Positions 36,968 to 46,124 of a DNA stretch of 64,000 nucleotides are shown here, one piece after another; the stretch's first letter is position 1; every line of letters begins with the position of its first letter. The notes below the pieces were generated by a model that ran no database searches, was not told the origin of the DNA, and worked only from the letters and a program-made list of their open reading frames with translations. Both the position numbers and the translations under genes were made by a program. Source of the stretch: a virus; IMG/VR virus record IMGVR_UViG_3300021087_000857, positions 1 through 64,000 of that record. The stretch is one strand, 5' to 3'.

Positions 36968-37756
36968 ATGAACATAACAATATTTGGTTGCGGTTTCGTT
37001 GGAGGAACCGTAGCAAATTACTTAGAAGAAAAATACGAAGGTGAACGTTACAACATAGTAAAAGTTGATCCGTTGCATTATCCAGATGTCGATCCACAAC
37101 AAGCGGCAATGGAAGCAGATGCAATTATTATATGTGTACCCACTCCAAGTGAATACTTTGGAGAATGTGATGATAGTATAGTTAGACAAGTATTAGAACT
37201 ATGCGATGAACGTACTCCTATATTACTTAAAAGTTCAGTAACACCAGATTTAATTAAAAAGTATCCACCAAATGTAATATACAATCCAGAGTTTTTAAGA
37301 GAAGCACATGCAGAAAGCGACTTTAAAAACCAACATACATTTGTATTAGGACACCACGAGAACAACAAAGAACAAGCAAAAAACTGGGCAGACTTATTTT
37401 GTATACCAGAATGGAATGTAGTTTATACAGACCCATGTACTGCAAGTATGATAAAATACACGCATAACGCCTGGCTAGCCACTAAAGTAGCATGGTTTCA
37501 TGAGCTATATAGTGAATTACCACCAGGTATTGACTATGATACTATAACTAGTGCCTTAGGTAGGTTTCCTACTATTGGTTCGACACATATGCAAGTGCCA
37601 AATGCAGATGGAACCCTAGGATATAGTGGTGCTTGTTTCCCAAAAGACGTAAAAGCCTTGACAAAAGTAGTAAAACATAGTATACTTAACACAGTTAAAG
37701 AAACAAATGATAAACTTAATAACACAAAAGGAGATCAAGATGAAGATGAAGATTAA
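36968..37756 (+). CDS. UDP-glucose/GDP-mannose dehydrogenase (lacks C-terminal domain)
   Basis: GCGFVG, ICVPTP, LKSSV, YNPEFLRE, GYSGACFPKD. Confidence 0.85.
   Translation: MNITIFGCGFVGGTVANYLEEKYEGERYNIVKVDPLHYPDVDPQQAAMEADAIIICVPTPSEYFGECDDSIVRQVLELCDERTPILLKSSVTPDLIKKYPPNVIYNPEFLREAHAESDFKNQHTFVLGHHENNKEQAKNWADLFCIPEWNVVYTDPCTASMIKYTHNAWLATKVAWFHELYSELPPGIDYDTITSALGRFPTIGSTHMQVPNADGTLGYSGACFPKDVKALTKVVKHSILNTVKETNDKLNNTKGDQDEDED
37658..37686 (+). promoter_or_regulatory. intragenic sigma70-type promoter
   Basis: TTGACA-17 nt-TATACT, upstream of the glycine-zipper/queD/queE/metK block. Confidence 0.7.
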
Positions 37757-38231
37757 AGATATATTAACAGTAGCAATTGCAGGATTTATATTCATGGCAG
37801 TAACAGGTATTGCAAAAGCTGATAGTTATACTGAAGTTGACGGCTATTTAACACATCATTACAAAACAGTAGAAGTACAAACTAAAGTTTCTAACAGAAC
37901 ATGTTCTGAAGTAGATGTTCCAATTTATCAAAACAAAGATGCAAAAACTGGTGAAGTACTAGGTGGTGCTATTATTGGTGGTATCATTGGTAATCAAATT
38001 GGTAAAGGCAAAGGTAACGATGCCGCTACAATCTTAGGTGCAATACTAGGTGCAGATATAGCCAATAAAAAAAGCAGTAACAAAACTATTGTTGGATACA
38101 AAAGATCAACTGTATGTAAAGATAGTCCAACTTATGTAACTGAAACAAAAAACATTTATAGTCACAGTACAATTAGATTTGCAGACGGTAATAGACAATA
38201 CGATATCAAATTTATTGACGAAGACAAGTAA
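37740..38231 (+). CDS. glycine-zipper 2TM exported protein (YcfJ-like)
   Basis: Signal peptide; GGAIIGGIIGNQIGKGKGNDAATILGAILGA. Confidence 0.85.
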   Translation: MKMKIKDILTVAIAGFIFMAVTGIAKADSYTEVDGYLTHHYKTVEVQTKVSNRTCSEVDVPIYQNKDAKTGEVLGGAIIGGIIGNQIGKGKGNDAATILGAILGADIANKKSSNKTIVGYKRSTVCKDSPTYVTETKNIYSHSTIRFADGNRQYDIKFIDEDK

Positions 38232-38238
38232 TCAAACC

Positions 38239-38278
38239 AGAGGACTTTATGCGTCGACCCTCTTTAAATACTCCGCCG
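38239..38278 (+). ncRNA. candidate preQ1-I-like riboswitch/pseudoknot upstream of queD
   Basis: AGAGG/CCTCT stem, 15-nt loop ending in C, A-rich tail, loop GCG complementary to tail CGC. Confidence 0.45.
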
Positions 38279-38300
38279 TTTAATTTTATAGGAGAATACA

Positions 38301-38747
38301 ATGGCTTATTATAGCACAAAACATTACGGACACAACATTGGACTAAGTGCAGTGTTCCGCCAACCCAATGCAGATCATTCGCATTGCCATTTGCTACACG
38401 GATATAGTTTAGCATTTACATTTACATTTGGTTGTAATGAATTAGACAACAAAAACTGGGCAGTCGACTTTGGAGGACTAAAACCTTTGAAGGCTTGGCT
38501 AGAAGATAGCTTTGATCATAAAGTAGCAGTAGACAAAGCAGATCCACATATGGATACACTAAAAGATCTTGAAGCAAAAGGCTTAGCAGAACTACGTATT
38601 TTTGATGGAGTAGGTGCAGAGAAATTTGCCGAGCATGCTTTTAATTTTGCAGACAAACTTATACGTGAAGCAACTGATAACAGATGCTATTGTGTTAAAG
38701 CCGAGTGTGCAGAGCATGGAGCCAATTCAGCAATCTACGAGGCATAA
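38301..38747 (+). CDS. queD: 6-carboxy-5,6,7,8-tetrahydropterin synthase
   Basis: HCHLLHGY, VDFGGLK, FDHK, GAEKFAE. Confidence 0.85.
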   Translation: MAYYSTKHYGHNIGLSAVFRQPNADHSHCHLLHGYSLAFTFTFGCNELDNKNWAVDFGGLKPLKAWLEDSFDHKVAVDKADPHMDTLKDLEAKGLAELRIFDGVGAEKFAEHAFNFADKLIREATDNRCYCVKAECAEHGANSAIYEA

Positions 38748-39647
38748 ATGGATAAACTTAGATATAGTGAAGCATTCTATTCAGTGCAAGGTGAAGGTAA
38801 ATTTGTAGGAGTACCTAGTGTATTCTTACGTACTTTTGGTTGTAACTTTAGATGCATGAACTTTGGGCTTGATAGGAGTGAACCTAGTAGAGCAGAAAAA
38901 CATGCACAAGGCAATCGTTATAATGATGAGGTATTAGATCTTATCAATAATGATGTACACAAAACAACTAAAGAATTTACAGACTTACCTATTATACACA
39001 CAGGGTGTGATACTTATGCAAGTATCTATCCAGAATTTAAAGAATATAATAAACAAAGAACTATAGACGAAGTAGTAGAACACTTACTAAGTCTTACTCC
39101 TGAAGGTAAATGGACTTGTGATAATGGACAAGATATTCATCTTATACTTACAGGCGGCGAACCGTTGTTAGCGTGGCAACGTTTGTACGTTGATTTATTT
39201 GAACATCCACGTATGAGGGATTTACAAAATGTTACAGTTGAAACAAACACTACGCAACACTTACACAAAGATTTATTCAAATATCTCGACAACAATGACA
39301 GAATTACAGTTACATGGAGTTGTTCGCCAAAGCTCTCCGTTAGTGGAGAATCTTGGGACGATGCTATTAAGCCTAGTGTGGCTAGGGAGTATAGTACTGT
39401 TGATGGTAGCGATATCTATCTTAAATTTGTTGTTGCTGACAGGACTGATATTGACGAGGCTGGTAGAGCTGTTGATGAATATCGTAAAGCGGGTTTGGAC
39501 TGCCCTGTGTACCTTATGCCGTTGGGCGGCAGGTCAGAAGAGTATAATCTCAATGTTCAAGAAGTTGCGAACATCTGTATGGAAAAGGGTTGGAGATTCA
39601 CCCCAAGACTCCACATCAGCCTATTCGGAAACGCATGGGGAACCTAA
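38748..39647 (+). CDS. queE: 7-carboxy-7-deazaguanine synthase (radical SAM) with an insertion in the Cys motif
   Basis: SEAFYSVQGEG, VFLRTFGCNFRC...GCDT, LTGGEP, VETN, SPKL, RLHI. Confidence 0.9.
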   Translation: MDKLRYSEAFYSVQGEGKFVGVPSVFLRTFGCNFRCMNFGLDRSEPSRAEKHAQGNRYNDEVLDLINNDVHKTTKEFTDLPIIHTGCDTYASIYPEFKEYNKQRTIDEVVEHLLSLTPEGKWTCDNGQDIHLILTGGEPLLAWQRLYVDLFEHPRMRDLQNVTVETNTTQHLHKDLFKYLDNNDRITVTWSCSPKLSVSGESWDDAIKPSVAREYSTVDGSDIYLKFVVADRTDIDEAGRAVDEYRKAGLDCPVYLMPLGGRSEEYNLNVQEVANICMEKGWRFTPRLHISLFGNAWGT

Positions 39648-39693
39648 AGACGGTCTAGAAGATCGTATAAGAAAAGCAGGATACTAAAAAATT

Positions 39694-40791
39694 ATGAAGC
39701 AAGGCAATTATATTTTTACAAGCGAAAGTGTAAGTAAAGGACACCCAGATAAGGTGTCAGATCAAATTAGTGATGCACTAGTTGATGCAGGATTAAAAAA
39801 CGGCGACGAGACAACTCGTGTAGCAGTTGAAACACTTGTAACCACTAACCATGTAACGTTAGCGGGTGAGGTAAAGAACTTTAATGTAAGCAAGGACGAA
39901 GTCAAACAAATCGTTCGTGACAAAGTTAAAGAGATTGGATACGAACAGGATGGATTCCATTGGGATAAGTTAAACATCTATAACGAGATTCATTCGCAAT
40001 CAGGTGATATTGGGTTGGGAACAGATAGTTTTGGTGCAGGTGATCAAGGTATTATGTTTGGTTACGCATGTACAGATAACGATGCAATGCTACCAGCACC
40101 TATTCATTACTCGCATGAAATTTTAAAGTCGTTAGACAAAGCAAGAGAAAGTGGATACGAATTTCTACTACCAGATGCTAAGTCACAAGTAAGTGTTCAG
40201 TACGAAGGTGGAAAGCCAACACGTATTGATCAAATTGTTGTATCACATCAACACAAAGACGGATTTCAACATAGCATTAAGGCACCTATAAAAGATGCCG
40301 CTAACGAAGTATTAGGAGATTTAATTGATAAAGAAACTGTATGGCATATTAATCCTACTGGTAATTTTGTTATTGGTGGACCCGATGGAGACACAGGTCT
40401 CACAGGCAGAAAGATCATTGTTGATACTTATGGTGGTTTTGCTCCCCATGGCGGCGGCGCATTTAGTGGCAAGGATCCTACCAAAGTAGATCGCAGTGCG
40501 GCTTATATGGCACGATGGTTAGCAAAGAATGTTGTAGCAGATAACATGGCTGACTGGTGTAGTATTCAACTTAGTTATGCTATTGGTGTTAAAGAACCTA
40601 CTAGTATCTATATAGATTCAAATGGACACAATAGAAGTATTCAGCAATTTATCCAAAACAACATTGACTTAACACCAAAAGGAATCATTGACAAGTTTGG
40701 GTTATTCAAGTATAATAAGTATAGTGAAAATTGTGTTTACGGACACTTTGGCGACAAAGATGTACCGTGGGAAAGTATAGGATGGAAATGA
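39694..40791 (+). CDS. metK: S-adenosylmethionine synthetase
   Basis: FTSESVSKGHPDK, GAGDQG, GLTGRKIIVDTYGG, GGGAFSGKDPTKVDRS. Confidence 0.97.
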   Translation: MKQGNYIFTSESVSKGHPDKVSDQISDALVDAGLKNGDETTRVAVETLVTTNHVTLAGEVKNFNVSKDEVKQIVRDKVKEIGYEQDGFHWDKLNIYNEIHSQSGDIGLGTDSFGAGDQGIMFGYACTDNDAMLPAPIHYSHEILKSLDKARESGYEFLLPDAKSQVSVQYEGGKPTRIDQIVVSHQHKDGFQHSIKAPIKDAANEVLGDLIDKETVWHINPTGNFVIGGPDGDTGLTGRKIIVDTYGGFAPHGGGAFSGKDPTKVDRSAAYMARWLAKNVVADNMADWCSIQLSYAIGVKEPTSIYIDSNGHNRSIQQFIQNNIDLTPKGIIDKFGLFKYNKYSENCVYGHFGDKDVPWESIGWK

Positions 40792-41072
40792 AAAATATGT
40801 TAGATAAGATAAAAGGTTTAGTTACACCAAAGCCAAAGCAAGAAGTAGTTTCTGATAAAGATAAAGCCACTGCAAAAGGTGAAGCTTACATTAAAGTACT
40901 TGATGTTAAGTTTGACAAAAACAATCCAGGTGATGGATATTTTGAGTTAGAGTGGAATAAAATATTCGTAAAGAAATTACTTGATGCAGGCTACAGTGGT
41001 AGTTCCGATGATGAAATTGTTGATGCTTGGTTTACAGGTCTTTGTAGACAAATTGCTGAAGACGAATCGTAA
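40788..41072 (+). CDS. hypothetical protein
   Basis: ATGA-coupled to metK; GYFELEWN...VDAWF. Confidence 0.7.
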   Translation: MKNMLDKIKGLVTPKPKQEVVSDKDKATAKGEAYIKVLDVKFDKNNPGDGYFELEWNKIFVKKLLDAGYSGSSDDEIVDAWFTGLCRQIAEDES

Positions 41073-41099
41073 TTTAATTTTAAACAATATAGGACTTCT

Positions 41100-42098
41100 A
41101 TGATGAGTTATATTTTAGTTGATGCCGCTAATATGTTCTTTCGTGCAAGGCACGTAGTTCAACGTGGTGCAGATATGGACACAAAGATTGGTATGAGTTA
41201 TCATATCATGTTTAATAGTATTAATAAAGTATGGCGTGAGCAACAAGGCTCGCATGTTGTACTATGTTTAGAAGGACGTAGTTGGCGTAAAGATGCATAT
41301 GAACCTTACAAGAATAATCGTAAGGTAGCTCGTGCAGCACTAACAGAAGCAGAGCAAGAAGAAGATCGTGCATTTTGGGATGCATTTGATGAGCTTAAAG
41401 CATTCTTTGAGAAACGTACTAATGTAACAGTATTGCAACATGGTGAGTGTGAAGCTGATGACTTTATTGCACGTTGGATACAAAATCATCCTAATGATAA
41501 ACATTGTATTGTAAGTAGTGATAGTGATTTCTATCAGCTTATTAATAAGAACGTTAATCAATACAACGGCATTACAGGTCAACTTATTACAACAGAAGGT
41601 ATCTTTAATGACAAAGGTAAGCCTGTTATGGATAAAAAAACTAAAGCACCTAAAGAGTTAGGTGACCCAGCATGGTTACTGTTTGAGAAGTGTATACGAG
41701 GCGACACCAGTGATAATGTGTTTAGTGCATTTCCAGGTGCTCGTAAAAAAGGTACTAAAAACAAAGTAGGAATGATGGAAGCATTTGCTGATAAAGATAC
41801 TAAAGGATTTAATTGGAATAACTTTATGCTACAACGTTGGGTAGATCATAACAATGAAGAGCATAGAGTATTAGAAGATTACGAACGTAACAGACAACTA
41901 ATTGACTTAACAATGCAACCTGATCATATTAAAGCAAAACTAGATGAGGCTATTGTTGAGCAAGTACAAAAAGAAAAGAAAGCACAAGTAGGAGTACATT
42001 TTATGAGATTTTGTGGAAAATGGGATATGCAAAGAGTAGTAGACAGAGCTACAGATCACTCTGCCTATTTAAATGCGAGTTATTCCAATGCCCAGTAA
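41100..42098 (+). CDS. rnh: T4-like RNase H / 5'-3' exonuclease
   Basis: LVDAAN, SWRK, YKNNR, EADD, SSDSDF, RGDTSDNV. Confidence 0.9.
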   Translation: MMSYILVDAANMFFRARHVVQRGADMDTKIGMSYHIMFNSINKVWREQQGSHVVLCLEGRSWRKDAYEPYKNNRKVARAALTEAEQEEDRAFWDAFDELKAFFEKRTNVTVLQHGECEADDFIARWIQNHPNDKHCIVSSDSDFYQLINKNVNQYNGITGQLITTEGIFNDKGKPVMDKKTKAPKELGDPAWLLFEKCIRGDTSDNVFSAFPGARKKGTKNKVGMMEAFADKDTKGFNWNNFMLQRWVDHNNEEHRVLEDYERNRQLIDLTMQPDHIKAKLDEAIVEQVQKEKKAQVGVHFMRFCGKWDMQRVVDRATDHSAYLNASYSNAQ

Positions 42099-42807
42099 TG
42101 TATATTTGTTTGATGTAGATGGTACACTTACTGTAAGTCGTACATTAATGGATCCAGAATTCAAAGAGTTTTTCCTAAAATTTATAGCCGATAACGAAGT
42201 TTATTTGGTAACAGGAAGTGACTATGCTAAAACACTAGAACAACTAGGTGAAGATATTATGCATGGTGTAAAACGTTCATACCAATGTAGTGGAAACAGT
42301 CTTTATGAAAAAGGTGTTGAAATATCTCACAACGAATGGACACTAGGAAACGAAGAACGTGATTGTTTATCGCATGAGCTATTTGAGTCCAAGTTTCCCA
42401 TTAGAACAGGAATTAATCACATTGAAGAACGTCCTGGTATGGTTAACTTTAGTATACTTGGTAGAGGTGCTAATAAAGAACAACGTGAAGCATATGTTAA
42501 GTGGGATAAAGAACACAACGAACGTGAACGTATTGCTGGTATATTTAATAGCAGATATGGAAACAAAGGTATTAAGGCTCAAGTAGCAGGAGAAACAGGA
42601 TTAGACATTGTACAAGATGGATGCGATAAAGGTCAAGTACTAAATGACTTTGATGATTGCAATGTTATTTTCTTTGGAGATATGATGCAACCAGGTGGTA
42701 ATGATGAACCACTTGCTACTGCTATTGCTTCGAGAGGCAATGACAACGATGGATCTATATGGGTCAAGGATTGGAAGCATACGTGGGATATATTAAAGGA
42801 TTTATAA
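42088..42807 (+). CDS. HAD-IIB phosphomannomutase (eukaryote-type PMM-like)
   Basis: LFDVDGTLT, VTGSD, IEERPGMVNFS, FFGD..PGGND. Confidence 0.85.
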   Translation: MPSNVYLFDVDGTLTVSRTLMDPEFKEFFLKFIADNEVYLVTGSDYAKTLEQLGEDIMHGVKRSYQCSGNSLYEKGVEISHNEWTLGNEERDCLSHELFESKFPIRTGINHIEERPGMVNFSILGRGANKEQREAYVKWDKEHNERERIAGIFNSRYGNKGIKAQVAGETGLDIVQDGCDKGQVLNDFDDCNVIFFGDMMQPGGNDEPLATAIASRGNDNDGSIWVKDWKHTWDILKDL

Positions 42808-42808
42808 T

Positions 42809-42970
42809 CTGAGTATTGAACAAGGGTTGGGATTACTTTTAATTGGATTAGTAATAACAATAGTAGGTTTTTATATTGCATTTAATGTAGGAACTAAACA
42901 ATTACAAAAACGTAACAAACCAAAAGAAACAAATCCAATAGAAGAACTTAGGAGAAGACTAAATGGATGA
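42809..42970 (+). CDS. small membrane protein, 53 aa (non-ATG start)
   Basis: AAGGA SD then CTG; SIEQGLGLLLIGLVITIVGFYIAF; stop overlaps next gene. Confidence 0.5.
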   Translation: MSIEQGLGLLLIGLVITIVGFYIAFNVGTKQLQKRNKPKETNPIEELRRRLNG

Positions 42971-43172
42971 ACTAGAAAAAGCATATAGAGATTTTGAAGA
43001 ACTTTCTCTAAAGCACGAACCTTTAGCATCAGCTGGGGTTATGATGGCACAAGCACTTAAAATTTATAAGGCTTTGTTATCCGAAGAAGAATTTAATTTA
43101 ATGACTCAACATGTACTTAACAGTGCTGATGATATTGAATCATTGCAATTAAATAAACCAATGTTGCATTAA
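42963..43172 (+). CDS. hypothetical protein
   Basis: AGGAG SD. Confidence 0.7.
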   Translation: MDELEKAYRDFEELSLKHEPLASAGVMMAQALKIYKALLSEEEFNLMTQHVLNSADDIESLQLNKPMLH

Positions 43173-43173
43173 T

Positions 43174-43302
43174 ATGAAAGGTACATTACAATTCTTTTCT
43201 ATTATGATCTTTGCATTGTTATTAGGAATTGTAGTAGGTAATGCAGGTGGGCATGCAATTATGTATTTAGATGAATTTGAAGTAGACAGGACAATAAAAT
43301 GA
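43174..43302 (+). CDS. small membrane protein, 42 aa
   Basis: MKGTLQFFSIMIFALLLGIVVG...; ATGA coupling with next gene. Confidence 0.55.
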   Translation: MKGTLQFFSIMIFALLLGIVVGNAGGHAIMYLDEFEVDRTIK

Positions 43303-43625
43303 TTATCGAAAGAGAAAAATTAGAAGGGCAACTTAGAACAAGTATTATGGAAGTAACTTTTAATAAAATTAACGGTGACAACCGTGTTATGACATGTACA
43401 TTAAATGTATCACATCTTCCACCAGCAACTAAAAAAGATCCAATGACACAAGAAAAGATTCGTAAGATTAACGAAGAAGTTATGAGTGTTTGGGATACAA
43501 ATGCTAAAGGATTTAGAAGTTTTAGAATGGCAAATATCACTGAAGTTAAACGACTAGGAAGTGCGTGTTGGTGTGAAAAAAGTGGAAGTTATCCTACATG
43601 CGATAACACACATAAATCTCTATGA
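43299..43625 (+). CDS. SH3-like beta-barrel (DUF2693-type) protein with C-terminal CDGSH-like motif
   Basis: VTFNKINGDNRVMTCTL, VWDTNAKGFRSFR; CWCEKSGSYPTCDNTH. Confidence 0.75.
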   Translation: MIIEREKLEGQLRTSIMEVTFNKINGDNRVMTCTLNVSHLPPATKKDPMTQEKIRKINEEVMSVWDTNAKGFRSFRMANITEVKRLGSACWCEKSGSYPTCDNTHKSL

Positions 43626-44068
43626 CACAGAAAATTAAAGAAATTATAAAAGACAAGTATTGGATCGTAGAAGGCCAATATGGTAAGATAGGTACTCTGC
43701 GTAAAGTAGAAGAAGGCTATGAGTTCTTTGATCAAAATAATAATAAAAAAGAACTACTAGATAGTATTGAGAGCTTCAAATCCGTTAATACAGCGGAGAT
43801 TAGCGGACCAACACAAGAGTATAAAGGGTTACCAACGAACACGAGTATTTTATACCCTGTTGAGCACGACACAATGCCACTGTTTAAAAAAGCAGAAAAA
43901 GGCAAGACTGTGTTTGTAGCAGGATATTATCTACTCAAGTATGATGGTATGGGATGGCAACATGCGTTCTGTCCTAAGTTAGAAACTGTAGAAAAGTATG
44001 AAACAAGAGGACCATTCTTTACTGAATGGGATATGAATTTAAACTTAAAGAAAGCGAGGCAAGAATGA
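43622..44068 (+). CDS. hypothetical protein
   Basis: AGYY, AFCPKL, RGPF. Confidence 0.7.
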   Translation: MTQKIKEIIKDKYWIVEGQYGKIGTLRKVEEGYEFFDQNNNKKELLDSIESFKSVNTAEISGPTQEYKGLPTNTSILYPVEHDTMPLFKKAEKGKTVFVAGYYLLKYDGMGWQHAFCPKLETVEKYETRGPFFTEWDMNLNLKKARQE

Positions 44069-44442
44069 AACTATTATGTACATTAGGAGCATTGGTTCTC
44101 CTATCAACATCGGTAATGGCACAACAGGAACTTAATCCAACACTGCCAACACCATCAACTCCAGAAGTTGAACAAGCACCAGAAGTGTCACCATGGAGAC
44201 AAATTAATAGAGTTATTACATGTAATTCGTTGGGAATTGTTAGAAATATACTAGAAACAAATGGACAAACAATATATGCAACTGGTTATAAGACACCAGA
44301 GTATTTGCCAATGGATCCATTTGATGGGGTTATAATTACTAGAAACGAAATAACGTTAGAATACACCATATTGCTTATTAAATCAGATTTGAATATAGCA
44401 TGTGTATTAGCTGGCGGCAATAGATTTGAATTGGTAGAGTAA
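44065..44442 (+). CDS. exported hypothetical protein
   Basis: Signal peptide from ATG 44065; two Cys in mature part. Confidence 0.7.
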   Translation: MKLLCTLGALVLLSTSVMAQQELNPTLPTPSTPEVEQAPEVSPWRQINRVITCNSLGIVRNILETNGQTIYATGYKTPEYLPMDPFDGVIITRNEITLEYTILLIKSDLNIACVLAGGNRFELVE

Positions 44443-45281
44443 TGCAATCTGTTCCTAAAAAGCCTTTTATGATTGTACTAGGAACTAGTCATACTAATGG
44501 TGACTGTGAAGAAGGTGACTTTCATCTATATACTTTACAAAATGGCAAGAAGGTTAACCTAGTACAAAAGACTGCATATCAAAGAGTTGCAGAAGAACTA
44601 GGATTAGAAATAGTTCAACTTGGATTATCTGGGTGTAATAATCTAGATCTATTAGAAGCAACAAATGAACTATTGAGTAGAGGGTTTCTTAATGATAACT
44701 GTAAACTTTTTATACTAGAACCTCGTTGTGTTGATAATACAGTAAAATTACCACAAGAATTTTTTGAAGATTTGCCAAATAAAGAGTGGGTGCTCGAACA
44801 CGAACCAACTAGTATACTAGAAGGATGGGGAGTTAGAAGGGGACATGACAATAAAAACAAACCTCCTGCTATACAACAAATATCAAAGGAAGTTAATGTT
44901 ATAAGTCCTATGGATTATACAGAACTGTATCCAAAAGCCAACACAATGCTAATACAAAAAGCAAGTGAAGTTCATATATTTTCTGCCGGAACGGCAATGC
45001 AACTATACGAACATCTTGTTCAAATTAATGCTATAAAAAATATTGTAATGTCTAATAATATTAACTTTAAATGGCAAACATGGAACATACATGATAATGA
45101 GAAACTCATATGTGACCATATAATAGGACCACACTCAGATTTATTTGATCACTTTATAGGTGAAATAGCACCAAAAGGAACAGATGAAGAATTGTTTTGT
45201 AGTTGCGAACATTACAACGAAAATGGGCATATATATTGGTATAATAATATTATTGAGAGTATAAAATTAAGTATGAAATAA
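44442..45281 (+). CDS. SGNH-hydrolase-like protein
   Basis: VLGTSHTNG, LGLSGCNN, C-terminal HYNENGH. Confidence 0.55.
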   Translation: MQSVPKKPFMIVLGTSHTNGDCEEGDFHLYTLQNGKKVNLVQKTAYQRVAEELGLEIVQLGLSGCNNLDLLEATNELLSRGFLNDNCKLFILEPRCVDNTVKLPQEFFEDLPNKEWVLEHEPTSILEGWGVRRGHDNKNKPPAIQQISKEVNVISPMDYTELYPKANTMLIQKASEVHIFSAGTAMQLYEHLVQINAIKNIVMSNNINFKWQTWNIHDNEKLICDHIIGPHSDLFDHFIGEIAPKGTDEELFCSCEHYNENGHIYWYNNIIESIKLSMK

Positions 45282-45312
45282 ACCATTAACTATAGTTTTT
45301 TTAGGTTATTTG

Positions 45313-45320
45313 TATAAATA
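45313..45320 (+). promoter_or_regulatory. T4-like late promoter
   Basis: TATAAATA upstream of AGGAG SD and ATG 45343. Confidence 0.6.
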
Positions 45321-45342
45321 CATGTAACAGGAGAAACATTTA

Positions 45343-45645
45343 ATGGCAAGACCAAAACCTACGATTATACTTGACCAAGTGGATAAAAGTTATAATAGTG
45401 AACAAATATTAAAAGCAGAGGCAATTTTTGCAGTGTATTATGAGAGTAAACCAATTAACTTAAGAACGTTGAATACGTTGGTAAACTATCCAGGACCAAA
45501 GTATAAGAAGGTAAGTTTCTCAAATAGTGGGCATGCATTTAATTTAGCAGATAGGCTTAATAAGAAGTTTAATACTGATTTATTTAGTGTAGTAAAGTTA
45601 ACAGATGGTGAGACAGTCACAAGAAATTCAATCGATTCAGACTAA
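45343..45645 (+). CDS. hypothetical protein
   Basis: MARPKP, YPGPKYKKVSFSNSGHAFNLA. Confidence 0.75.
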   Translation: MARPKPTIILDQVDKSYNSEQILKAEAIFAVYYESKPINLRTLNTLVNYPGPKYKKVSFSNSGHAFNLADRLNKKFNTDLFSVVKLTDGETVTRNSIDSD

Positions 45646-45925
45646 GATAATTAGTCTAATTGAACGTGATCATCTCAAAGTAAAGGAAATATTTAAAAAC
45701 AATCATACTTTACGATTGACAAAGTATGGTAAGAATCTTTTAAGTAAACAGTTTGACGCTTATGAATTTGAATCACCAAAGATGAGTGCAAACAATCTTA
45801 TTCTTCTGTTAAGGAAGATGAAATATCCATATTATGTAGACAAGAGTATTATAGTTTTGTTTACAGAAAAGGATGCATTTTTAACAAAGCTCGCAGGAGC
45901 CCAAGGATGGCTAGATGGCAAATAG
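45605..45925 (+). CDS. hypothetical protein
   Basis: LRLTKYG, YPYY, LFTEKDAFLTKL. Confidence 0.65.
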   Translation: MVRQSQEIQSIQTKIISLIERDHLKVKEIFKNNHTLRLTKYGKNLLSKQFDAYEFESPKMSANNLILLLRKMKYPYYVDKSIIVLFTEKDAFLTKLAGAQGWLDGK

Positions 45926-46124
45926 AGAAGATAAAGTAGAAGTACCAGAAACAATAGTAGTACATTGTACAGACAACGATCAAGATGTAGAAGTAACATA
46001 TGTATCACAACACAATGGCATAATAAGAACAGACTTACAAGGAATGCCGTTATATTTTAAACACCACAGAGCAAATATTTATGTAGGCAATATGCTAGGT
46101 AGAGAATTTGTAATGAAACTATGA
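45915..46124 (+). CDS. hypothetical protein
   Basis: VHCTDN, YVGNMLGREF. Confidence 0.65.
   Translation: MANREDKVEVPETIVVHCTDNDQDVEVTYVSQHNGIIRTDLQGMPLYFKHHRANIYVGNMLGREFVMKL

Noticed and set aside
39229-39687. 152-aa alternative-frame ORF over the queE 3' half
   Set aside because: No SD or recognisable motif; queE frame is intact to its conserved end
39648-39693. SAM riboswitch before metK
   Set aside because: Only 46 nt, with no SAM-II, SAM-V or SAM-SAH consensus visible
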